The position numbers were made by a program, and so were the translations under genes. A DNA stretch of 64,000 bases from Alphaproteobacteria bacterium (lineage in GTDB: Bacteria; Pseudomonadota; Alphaproteobacteria; JAJFIK01): contig JANQLJ010000133.1 of assembly GCA_028280665.1 (NCBI GenBank), positions 9,901-73,900 of the forward strand. The letters run 5' to 3'. This document shows, one piece after another, positions 19,411 to 29,079 of the stretch. Under the pieces are notes generated by a model. It did not search any database, had not been told where the DNA came from, and saw only the letters and a program-made list of their open reading frames with translations. The stretch's first letter is position 1, and the number at the start of each line of letters is the position of its first letter.

Positions 19411-20463
19411 ATGACATCCATCGCCAAGCCGCGCATTGAAAAGCACCTGTTGCGCAACAAGCTGGGCCTTACCTTGCGCGATTATGAAGGGGGCATGTCG
19501 ACCTTGTGCGCGGGCTGCGGCCATGATTCGGTCACCGCCGCCCTGGTGCGCGCCTTCTATGAGCTTGACCTTGAGCCCCATACCGCCGCCAAGGTGAGCG
19601 GGATCGGCTGTTCCTCAAAGACGACCGCTTATTTTCTGGGCCAAAGCCATGGGGTAAATGCCGTACACGGACGAATGCCCTCGATCGCCACCGGCGCGGC
19701 GGCGGCCAACGGCAATCTCCACTATGTGGGGGTCAGCGGCGATGGGGATTCGCTCTCCATTGGTCTTGGCCAGTTCTGCCATGCCATCCGGCGCAATCTG
19801 AACATGCTTTATGTGGTGGAAAACAATGGCGTTTACGGGCTCACCAAGGGCCAGTTTTCTGCTGCCGCCGATTATGGCTCCAAGTCCAAGCGGGGCGAGC
19901 CCAACCCCCATACGCCCATCGACCCGGTGAAGCTCGCGCTCACCCTCGGCGCCACATTCGTTGCGCGCTCGTTTTCCGGCGACAAGGAACAGCTCGTGCC
20001 TCTCATCAAGGCGGCGGTAATGCATAAGGGCTTTGCGTTGATCGATGTCATCTCGCCGTGCGTCACGTTCAACGACCATGCCGGTTCAACCAAAAGCTAT
20101 GCACATACTTATGAATACTATCACCGCGCGGTGCACACCGATTACATTCAGCCCTCTGAGGAAATCAAAGCGGAGTACAAAAAAGGCGAAGTAATGGAGG
20201 TGGAGCTGCACGACGGCAGCGTGATCGCGCTCAAAAAAGTCGATGACGACCTCAACCCGCGCGACCGGGGCGAGGTTCTGGCCTATCTCTCCCATCACGA
20301 GGCGCAAAGCGAAGTGGTGACCGGGCTTCTTTATATTGACGAGGAAAAGCAGGACATGAACGCGCGCAACAAGCTGCCGCCCGCGCCGCTCAACACCCTG
20401 CCTTACGAGCGCCTTTCCCCAGGGGCAGCAACGCTTGCCGACTTGCAAAAGGCCTACTGCTAA
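19411..20463 (+). CDS. korB: 2-oxoacid:ferredoxin oxidoreductase beta subunit (TPP-binding)
   Basis: CxGCGH cluster CAGCGHDSV; TPP motif GDGDSLSIG...VENNGVYGLTKGQ. Confidence 0.85.
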   Translation: MTSIAKPRIEKHLLRNKLGLTLRDYEGGMSTLCAGCGHDSVTAALVRAFYELDLEPHTAAKVSGIGCSSKTTAYFLGQSHGVNAVHGRMPSIATGAAAANGNLHYVGVSGDGDSLSIGLGQFCHAIRRNLNMLYVVENNGVYGLTKGQFSAAADYGSKSKRGEPNPHTPIDPVKLALTLGATFVARSFSGDKEQLVPLIKAAVMHKGFALIDVISPCVTFNDHAGSTKSYAHTYEYYHRAVHTDYIQPSEEIKAEYKKGEVMEVELHDGSVIALKKVDDDLNPRDRGEVLAYLSHHEAQSEVVTGLLYIDEEKQDMNARNKLPPAPLNTLPYERLSPGAATLADLQKAYC

Positions 20464-20545
20464 ACCCAACCGGGTTTGCGCGGGCACCCAATTTGGGCTT
20501 CACTTATTCTCAACTCAAATGCCCTTCGGAGAAAGAAACCGCATG

Positions 20546-22038
20546 AGCGTTGCATGAGCGAAGAGACCGCGCCTGCCGACACCCGCCGCGTGGCCGTCAT
20601 CGGAACCGGGTTTTCGGGCCTTTGCCTTGGCTATCACCTTAAAAAACGCGGCGTTCAGAACTTCACCCTGTTCGAGAAAGCAGGCCGCATCGGCGGCACC
20701 TGGCGCGAAAACACCTATCCCGGCGCCGAGTGCGACGTGCCTTCGGCGCTTTATTCATTTTCCTTTGAGCGCAACCCGCGCTGGACGCACAAATGGTCCG
20801 AGCAGCCGGAAATCCTTCGTTACATGGACCATTGCTGCAAAAAGTTCGGACTGACGCCTCATATCAAGTTCAACAAAGAAGTCACCGACACCGCCTTTGA
20901 CGAGGAAGCGGGCGTCTGGCGTCTCACCACCGCCGATGGAGAGACCGAACACTTCGACGTTGTCATTTCCGCCGTGGGCCAGCTTCACAAGCCGCAAGTT
21001 CCCGAGATCGAGGGCCGCGGTAGCTTCCAAGGCAAGATGTTCCATTCCGCGCGCTGGGATCATAACTATGATCTTAAGGGCAAGACCGTCTCGGTGATCG
21101 GCAATGCGGCGAGCGCGCTTCAGTTCATTCCGGAAATCGCACCGGACGTTCGTACCCTGAACGTCTTTCAACGCACCCCCAACTGGGTCTTTCCCAAAGA
21201 AGACCGGGAATACACGAAGTTCGAGAAGTGGCTTGGCTCCACCGTCCCCGCGACCAACAAGTTCTACCGCTTTTTGATCTGGGCGCGCGGCGAGGGCATG
21301 CTCTACCCGCTGATGAAGCAAGACACGCCCCAATGGTTGCGCAACCGCACGCGCAAGCAGGCGATTGAATATATGGAAGAGCACATCGAGGATCGGGAGC
21401 TGCGCGCCAAGCTGATCCCTGACTATCCCATTGGCGCCAAGCGCATTTTGTTTTCCGACAACTATTACCAGGCGCTTGCCCGCGAAAATGTAAACGTCTT
21501 GACCGACCCCATCGCGCGCATTTGCGAGACCGGCGTCGTGACCGCAAACGGCGCGACCTACTCCTCCGACACCATTATCTTCGGGACCGGGTTCATCAGT
21601 ACGGATTTTCTCACCCCCATGCGCGTGACCGGGCGCGGCGGTCAAGTGCTCAACGATATCTGGCGGGCGACCGGCGCGGAAGCGTACCTGGGGATTACCC
21701 ACACGGGGTTTCCAAACTTTTTCATGATGTACGGGCCGAACACGAACCTCGGTCACAATTCGATCATCGTGATGATCGAGGCGCAAACGCGCTATATCAT
21801 GTCGTGCCTCGATGAGTTGAAAGAGCGTGGCGCCCGGTGGCTCGACCTCAAGGCCGAGGCGCAGAAGGCCTATAACGAATGGATCGCCGCGCGCATGAAG
21901 AATATGATCTGGACGGCGGTTGAGCGTAGTTGGTATCTGCGCGACGGCCGCGTCACGAACAATTGGGTTGGCCGCACCACCGAATACATCAAGCGTACCC
22001 GGCAAGTAGAGCCGGAAAACTATGAATTCGCGACTTGA
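20546..22038 (+). CDS. flavin-containing / Baeyer-Villiger-type monooxygenase
   Basis: FAD motif VAVIGTGFSGL; BVMO/FMO fingerprint FQGKMFHSARWD (FxGxxxHxxxWD); second Rossmann motif SVIGNAASA. Confidence 0.75.
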
Positions 22039-22053
22039 CGAAAAACCGGATAA

Positions 22054-23178
<1,125 letters not shown>

Positions 23179-23194
23179 GGCAAGGCGGCGCGAG

Positions 23195-24637
23195 ATGGCC
23201 CGATCCGGCGATAAGCCCACACTTTCCACCAAGCTCTTTTACGGCTCAGGCTCTGTCGCCTATGGGGTAAAGGACGCAGGCTTTGCCTACTTCCTGCTCT
23301 TCTATTACTCGAATGTGTTGGGTCTCGCGCCGCAGCTTGCGGGGCTTGCTATCCTTTTGGCGCTTGTTTGCGATGCGATTTCAGATCCACTGGTGGGGCA
23401 TTTTTCCGATCAGCTTCATTCCAGATGGGGCCGCCGCCATCCTTTCATGTACGGCTCGATCCTGCCCATCGGGATTTCGTTCTTTCTCATCTGGAACCCG
23501 CCCGCGGGACTCGATCAGGCGGGGCTCTTTTTCTACATGTTCGGCATGGCGGTGCTGGTGCGCACCTGCGTCACCTTTTTCGAAGTGCCGTCCACCTCGC
23601 TGGTGGCCGAGCTGACCGACGATTACGACCAGCGCACCTCCATGCTCAGTTACCGGTATTTCTTCGGCTGGTGGGGCGGGCTTACGGTCGCGGTAATTGC
23701 CTACACCCTTCTTCTGGTGCCCGACGCGGACGCCGGCATCACCATTGGACAGATGAACCCCGAAGGTTATCAGCGTTACGGCATTCTCGCCGCGCTGATC
23801 ATGATGAGCTTTATTTTCATCTCGGCCCGTGGTACCCACCGGCACATTCCCAATTTGCACAAGCCGCCCCCGCCCAAGCCTTTCTCACTGCGCCGGACGG
23901 TGGCCGAGCTTCGTGAGACCCTGATTCACAGGCCGTTCCTTGCGCTCTTCTTCGCGGCCATCGTAACCGCCATGGCGCAAGGAGTTATCACAACCCTCAA
24001 TCTCTACTTTTGGACTTACTTCTGGTTTTTGGAGACCATCGACGTTGCGATCATCACGTCGGCGTGGTTTCTCGCCGCGGCATTTGCCCTGTTGCTTGCG
24101 CCGATCATCTCACGCGGACGGAACAAACGAAACGTCGTGATCGTCCTTTCGATCATCTCCACGTGCTACCTGCCGCTGCCGGTCATTTTGAAAACCCTTG
24201 GGCTTTTCTGGCCCACGGGGCACGAGCTTGTGGTCCCGACGCTGGTTCTGCATGGCATCACCGAAGGTACGATCATCATCTCGATCTCGATCCTGGTGAG
24301 TTCCATGGTGGCGGACGTGGTGGAAAGCAGCGAGATGGACACGGGCCGCCGCTCCGAAGGCCTGTTCTTCGCCGCGCGCAGCTTCGCCGCCAAGGTGGTG
24401 ACGGGCATCGGTGTTTTCATCGCCGCGACCATCATCACTATCGTTGGCATCCCGCGCGGCGCTGACCCGGCAGATGTGGACCCCGCCATCATGACGAACT
24501 TCGCGGCCTATTATGTGCCCACGATCATGTTCATCTATTTCGTCTCCATCGGCATACTGTCGCTCTACAAGATCAACCGCGAAGACCACGGCGAGCGGGT
24601 GGCGGAACTGCGCCAGCGGCGCGCTCAAGCGGATTAG
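23195..24637 (+). CDS. MFS transporter, glycoside-pentoside-hexuronide (GPH) cation symporter-like
   Basis: 12-TM-like hydropathy. N-terminal LSTKLFYGSGSVAYGVKDAGFAYFLLFY is typical of GPH family members. Confidence 0.65.
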   Translation: MARSGDKPTLSTKLFYGSGSVAYGVKDAGFAYFLLFYYSNVLGLAPQLAGLAILLALVCDAISDPLVGHFSDQLHSRWGRRHPFMYGSILPIGISFFLIWNPPAGLDQAGLFFYMFGMAVLVRTCVTFFEVPSTSLVAELTDDYDQRTSMLSYRYFFGWWGGLTVAVIAYTLLLVPDADAGITIGQMNPEGYQRYGILAALIMMSFIFISARGTHRHIPNLHKPPPPKPFSLRRTVAELRETLIHRPFLALFFAAIVTAMAQGVITTLNLYFWTYFWFLETIDVAIITSAWFLAAAFALLLAPIISRGRNKRNVVIVLSIISTCYLPLPVILKTLGLFWPTGHELVVPTLVLHGITEGTIIISISILVSSMVADVVESSEMDTGRRSEGLFFAARSFAAKVVTGIGVFIAATIITIVGIPRGADPADVDPAIMTNFAAYYVPTIMFIYFVSIGILSLYKINREDHGERVAELRQRRAQAD

Positions 24638-25380
24638 AGCTTGTGTGCCGCCAGCACCTCATAATCCGTATAGAGATCATCCAGCATGGGCTTTAGGTAA
24701 TCCGGCAAGGGATGGGGGCTTGCACTCGGCTTTTCAAACCCGGTGGATTTGAGCACCGCGCCGTACCAATGCTTCGCCCATACGCCGTCTTCGGGGCGCG
24801 GTCCCGGGGGCCAGGCCAGCATCTCCTCAAAGAACGGTACCTCCAGCGCCGCGCAAAGCGCCGTAAGGCAGCGCCGCGGATCGTTTAGAATATCCTCGCT
24901 GGCGACCACCGGCGGCGGCGCGCCTTGTACCCGCGTCACCTGGTCAAACAGCTCGCGCTGCAAGGTGATCCCTAGCTCTTCGGGTTTGAAAGGCACGGCC
25001 CCCCGCGCCGCCGCGTAAGAGCGCAGCATCATCTCCGGGTCGCGGATCAGGAAAAAATGCCGCGCACCCGCGAACCACTCGCGGCTCACCTGCGGCAACA
25101 TATGGTGGGTCATGCACTTGAGGAAATGGATGGGCTTGCCGCCGGGCACGGGCGCTTCGATCCGCGCGATGACTTCACGCCAATCGGTTTCATGGGTGGC
25201 GATCACCTCGTCCCGGCCCGGTTGCTCGATCCCCGTTTCCTTGAGATACCAGGTGTAAAAAGGCTCATCCCAGCACACCGTGTCGGGCCGGTTGCCCCAG
25301 GACCGCATCATCGCCGTGGAGATGTTACGCGGGCCCGACCACATGGCGATGCGCATACCGCTCATGCCCTGATCTTTCAT
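24634..25380 (-). CDS. sulfotransferase-like (P-loop) family protein
   Basis: N-terminal WSGPRNISTAMMRS resembles a PAPS 5'-phosphosulfate-binding loop. Start overlaps the stop of the upstream class IV aminotransferase (ATGA on the minus strand at 25377-25380). Assignment is tentative. Confidence 0.4.
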   Translation of the reverse strand: MKDQGMSGMRIAMWSGPRNISTAMMRSWGNRPDTVCWDEPFYTWYLKETGIEQPGRDEVIATHETDWREVIARIEAPVPGGKPIHFLKCMTHHMLPQVSREWFAGARHFFLIRDPEMMLRSYAAARGAVPFKPEELGITLQRELFDQVTRVQGAPPPVVASEDILNDPRRCLTALCAALEVPFFEEMLAWPPGPRPEDGVWAKHWYGAVLKSTGFEKPSASPHPLPDYLKPMLDDLYTDYEVLAAHKL

Positions 25381-26288
25381 GTGGAGGCTTTTTCGATCAT
25401 GGCGATGTAAGCGTCTTGCAGTGCCCTTGTGCGGGGCCCGCGCGCGCCATCGCCGATCACGCGCCCGTCCACTTCATGCACCGGCACGAGACCCGCAAAG
25501 GTGCCGGTAACGAAAGCTTCCTCAGCGCCATAAACATCCGTGAGCGAAAAGTTCTTTTCAAACACCGGAATATCGTTCGCCCGGCAAAGCTCGATCACTT
25601 TGCCCCGGGTAATGCCGCCCAGACAAAAACCGCCGGTGGAGGTCCACACTTCGCCCTTGCGCACAATGAAAAAATGCGTGGAGTTGCAGGTGGCGACGAA
25701 GCCGTGCGGGTCGAGCATTAGGGCCTCGTCCGCCCCCGCCTTCGCCGCCTGAATGCAAGCGAGGATGCAATTGAGCTTGGAATGGCTGTTGAGCTTGGGG
25801 TCCTGCACATCCGGGTAGCCGCGCCGCACATGGGCGGTAAAAAGCCGCAAGCCCTTCTCGCGCGCGGCGGGGTCCGGCGTTTTATATTCGGGGATAATCA
25901 CCACGGTGGCAGGGCCGACAGTCACGCGCGGGTCCTGATAGGGGGTCGCCTTCAGCCCCCGTGTCACCATAAGCCGGATGTGCACATCGTCGATCATCTT
26001 GTTGGCGGCAAGGGTGTCGTAAAGCGCGCTCTCCAGCTCCGTGGGGACAAGCCCCACATCCATGTCGAGCGCCTTGGCGCCTTCGTAAAGCCGGTCCAGG
26101 TGCTCGGCCAGGAACGCGATTTTGCCCTTGTGAACGCGCAAGCCCTCCCACACCCCATCGCCCAGGACGAAGCCTGAATCGAACACCGAGACCTTGGCTT
26201 CCACGCGGGGCACAAGCTCCCCGTTCACATAGATCACAATCTCCGCATTGCGCGGATCGTCCACATAATCGTGGCTGCCCATGGCCAT
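25377..26288 (-). CDS. class IV (branched-chain / D-amino-acid) aminotransferase
   Basis: 303 aa with fold-type IV PLP enzyme pattern ...EAKVSVFDSGFVLGDGVWEGLRV... and the conserved EAF motif. Confidence 0.8.
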   Translation of the reverse strand: MAMGSHDYVDDPRNAEIVIYVNGELVPRVEAKVSVFDSGFVLGDGVWEGLRVHKGKIAFLAEHLDRLYEGAKALDMDVGLVPTELESALYDTLAANKMIDDVHIRLMVTRGLKATPYQDPRVTVGPATVVIIPEYKTPDPAAREKGLRLFTAHVRRGYPDVQDPKLNSHSKLNCILACIQAAKAGADEALMLDPHGFVATCNSTHFFIVRKGEVWTSTGGFCLGGITRGKVIELCRANDIPVFEKNFSLTDVYGAEEAFVTGTFAGLVPVHEVDGRVIGDGARGPRTRALQDAYIAMIEKAST

Positions 26289-26377
26289 GGCGAAAATATC
26301 CTCAACTGATCGCTTCCCGCTGGACCTTGCCCGTTTCCCATTTCAATATGCAAGCCTGCAAAGACGGGAAGCGCGGG

Positions 26378-27814
26378 ATGACAGGTTTCAAGGACTACGA
26401 CGATTACGACGCGGTGGGGCTCGCTGGGCTGGTAGCGAACAAGGACGTGAGCGCGGAAGAATTGCTCGACGAGGCAATCGCCCGCACCGAGCGCATCAAC
26501 CCCGCCATCAACGCAGTGACCCACAAGCACTACGACGAAGCGCGCGCCGCCATCGATGCCGGTCTTCCGGATGGCCCCTTCAAGGGTGTGCCGTTTCTCA
26601 TTAAGGACCTGCACCTGCTCCTGACTGGCACCGTGACCACGTTCGGCTCGGCGCTTTTCAAGGACTACAAGGCCGATCACGACGCAACCCTGACCGAACG
26701 CTACAAGAAGGCGGGGCTGGTGATTTTCGGCAAAACCAACACGCCGGAGTTTGGGCTTACGGTAACAACGGAGCCGCGTCTTTTTGGTCCCACCAAGAAC
26801 CCTTGGAGCCTCGATCACAGCCCGGGCGGCTCGTCCGGCGGGGCGTCCGCCGCGGTGGCGGCGGGGATCGTCCCCCTTGCCAATGCCTCGGACGGGGGCG
26901 GGTCGATCCGCGTGCCCGCGGCCACCACCGGCACCTTCGGTATGAAGCCCACGCGCGGGCGCACCCCCATGGGCCCGGACCGGGGCGAAGGCTGGGCGGG
27001 CCAGTCGATCAGCCACGCCATCTCGCGGTCCGTGCGCGACAACGCCGCGCTGCTCGATGCCACGTGCGGCACCGCGCCGGGCGACCCTTACGAGGTCGCA
27101 CCCCCTGTCCGGCCCTTTGTTGAGGACGCGGCGCGCGACCCGCGGCCCTTGCGCATCGCCAAGTGGACCACGCGGCCCGACGGCACAACGCCGGACGCCG
27201 AAGTGATCAAGGCGGTAGATGATGCGGCGAAACTGTGCGAATCGCTCGGCCATCATGTTGAAGAGGCAACGGTGGAGATCGACGCCGCTGAGCTTGGCCG
27301 CGCGCAGGTCACGCTGATCGCCGCCAATACCGCCCTTGCGGTGGACGCGAGACTTGCCATGCTGGGGCGCGAGTTGCAGCAAGGCGACCTTGAACACTCG
27401 ACCATGCTGATGGCGGAGATTGGCCGCAGTGTCACCGGACCTGACTATGTGGCGGCAACGCAGTTCATGCACCAGCTCGGCCGCCGCTTCGCGGGCTTTC
27501 ACGAAACCTATGACGTCTATCTTTGCCCGGTGCTCGGCATGCCGCCGGTAACACTCGGCACCATCGACATGATGAGCGAGGACACTGAAACTTACACCAA
27601 CCTGCTCCGCGCCTATTGTCCCTATACGGGCATGTTCAACATGACGGGGCAACCTTCTATGTCCGTGCCGCTTTACTGGACGGATAAAGGCCTGCCGGTG
27701 GGAACCATGTTCACGGCGAAGTTCGGCGACGAGGCGACGCTGTTTAGCCTCGCGGGCCAGCTCGAACGCGCGCGGCCCTGGGCGCAAAAGCGCGCACCCC
27801 ACTGGGCGGCATAG
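26378..27814 (+). CDS. amidase (amidase-signature family)
   Basis: AS signature [33 protein letters not shown]. Start moved to [16 protein letters not shown] at 26378. Confidence 0.8.
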   Translation: MTGFKDYDDYDAVGLAGLVANKDVSAEELLDEAIARTERINPAINAVTHKHYDEARAAIDAGLPDGPFKGVPFLIKDLHLLLTGTVTTFGSALFKDYKADHDATLTERYKKAGLVIFGKTNTPEFGLTVTTEPRLFGPTKNPWSLDHSPGGSSGGASAAVAAGIVPLANASDGGGSIRVPAATTGTFGMKPTRGRTPMGPDRGEGWAGQSISHAISRSVRDNAALLDATCGTAPGDPYEVAPPVRPFVEDAARDPRPLRIAKWTTRPDGTTPDAEVIKAVDDAAKLCESLGHHVEEATVEIDAAELGRAQVTLIAANTALAVDARLAMLGRELQQGDLEHSTMLMAEIGRSVTGPDYVAATQFMHQLGRRFAGFHETYDVYLCPVLGMPPVTLGTIDMMSEDTETYTNLLRAYCPYTGMFNMTGQPSMSVPLYWTDKGLPVGTMFTAKFGDEATLFSLAGQLERARPWAQKRAPHWAA

Positions 27815-28984
27815 CTAGGCTTTCAGCCTGGAGGCCTGCACGCCCGACTTCTGAACTTCGTCGATGGAGCGCCAGCCCATCATCATCATGTCGCGGACAA
27901 GTTCAGCGCGCATGAGTTTGAGCACATGCTCCACCCCCGCCTGCCCACCCGCGGCAAGGCCATAGAGATATGGCCGCCCGAAGGAACAGGCATCAGCGCC
28001 CAGCGCCAGCGCTTTCAGCACATGCGTGCCCCGGCGCACGCCGCCGTCCACAATTAGCTCCAGCCGGTCGCCGATGGCATCGCGCATGGGCGCCACGCAA
28101 TCGATGGGCGCCGGGACCCCATCGAGTTGCCGCCCGCCATGGTTCGAGATCATGATCGAGGTGGCACCCACTTCCACCGCGCGCTTGGCATCGTCCGTGG
28201 ACTGAAGGCCTTTGATGGCAAAGGGCCCGCCCCATTCTTCGATCATCCAGCCCACATCATCCCAGGTGACCGAGGGGGTAAGCTCGTTGTTTACATATTG
28301 AACGAGACTCGTGTCCTGGCCCTCGAGCGCTTCGGCCCGGTGCGCCACATTGGAAAGCTCAAAGCCCGGGTTTTTCGCGAGATTAAGCGCCCATTTGTAG
28401 TGGTAGATAAAGCTGGCGAGACTGCGCAAGGTCAGCTTGGGCGGCATGGACATGCCCCAATGAATGTCGCGCTCGCGGTTGCCCGCAATGGGCAGGTCCA
28501 CGGTCAAACAAAGCGAGGTAAAGCCCGCCGCCTTGCAGCGCTGAATGAACTCACGCGCAAGGCCCTTGTCCCTGAACACATAAATCTGGAACATTTTCGG
28601 GCCGTCGGTGGCGGCGCCCACATCCTCGATACTGGTGGTCCCCACGGTGGAGAGGGAATACATGGTGCCGGACTTGGCGGCCGCCCGCGCCGCGCCGAAT
28701 TCTTTGTCATGGTGAAACAGGCGCGTCATGCCGGTGGGCGACAGGAACACCGGCATGGAAATCTCCGTGCCGAAAATTCTGGTCTTAAGATCAATCTCCG
28801 CCACGTCGATCAGATAGCGCGGCATCAGCTCGTAATCTTCAAAGGCTTCGGTGTTGCGGCGCAGGGTCCACTCATCGTCGCCGCCGCCGTCGATATAGTG
28901 AAAGAGCGGCGCGGGCAAAGCGCGCTTGGCCAAAGGCCGGAAACCCATCACGCTGGTCACTTTGTCAAAGCGCGCCATGCACAT
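27815..28984 (-). CDS. FMN-dependent alpha-hydroxy-acid dehydrogenase/oxidase (LldD / mandelate dehydrogenase family)
   Basis: N-terminal ...RALPAPLFHYIDGGGDDEWTLRRNTEAFEDYELMPRYL... and C-terminal SNHGGRQLDG are typical of the family. Confidence 0.8.
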   Translation of the reverse strand: MCMARFDKVTSVMGFRPLAKRALPAPLFHYIDGGGDDEWTLRRNTEAFEDYELMPRYLIDVAEIDLKTRIFGTEISMPVFLSPTGMTRLFHHDKEFGAARAAAKSGTMYSLSTVGTTSIEDVGAATDGPKMFQIYVFRDKGLAREFIQRCKAAGFTSLCLTVDLPIAGNRERDIHWGMSMPPKLTLRSLASFIYHYKWALNLAKNPGFELSNVAHRAEALEGQDTSLVQYVNNELTPSVTWDDVGWMIEEWGGPFAIKGLQSTDDAKRAVEVGATSIMISNHGGRQLDGVPAPIDCVAPMRDAIGDRLELIVDGGVRRGTHVLKALALGADACSFGRPYLYGLAAGGQAGVEHVLKLMRAELVRDMMMMGWRSIDEVQKSGVQASRLKA

Positions 28985-29079
28985 ATCCTCCCCGGAATTT
29001 TGCGCGAGTTTCGGCCAAAAGTGAGCGCGCCGTAAACCCTTGATCGGGCAAATCTGTAAGTTGAGGAGATCGCTTAGCC

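Noticed and set aside
26234-27802. 522-aa minus-strand ORF
   Set aside because: Antisense to the amidase gene, which carries a clear amidase signature. Arg-rich shadow ORF.
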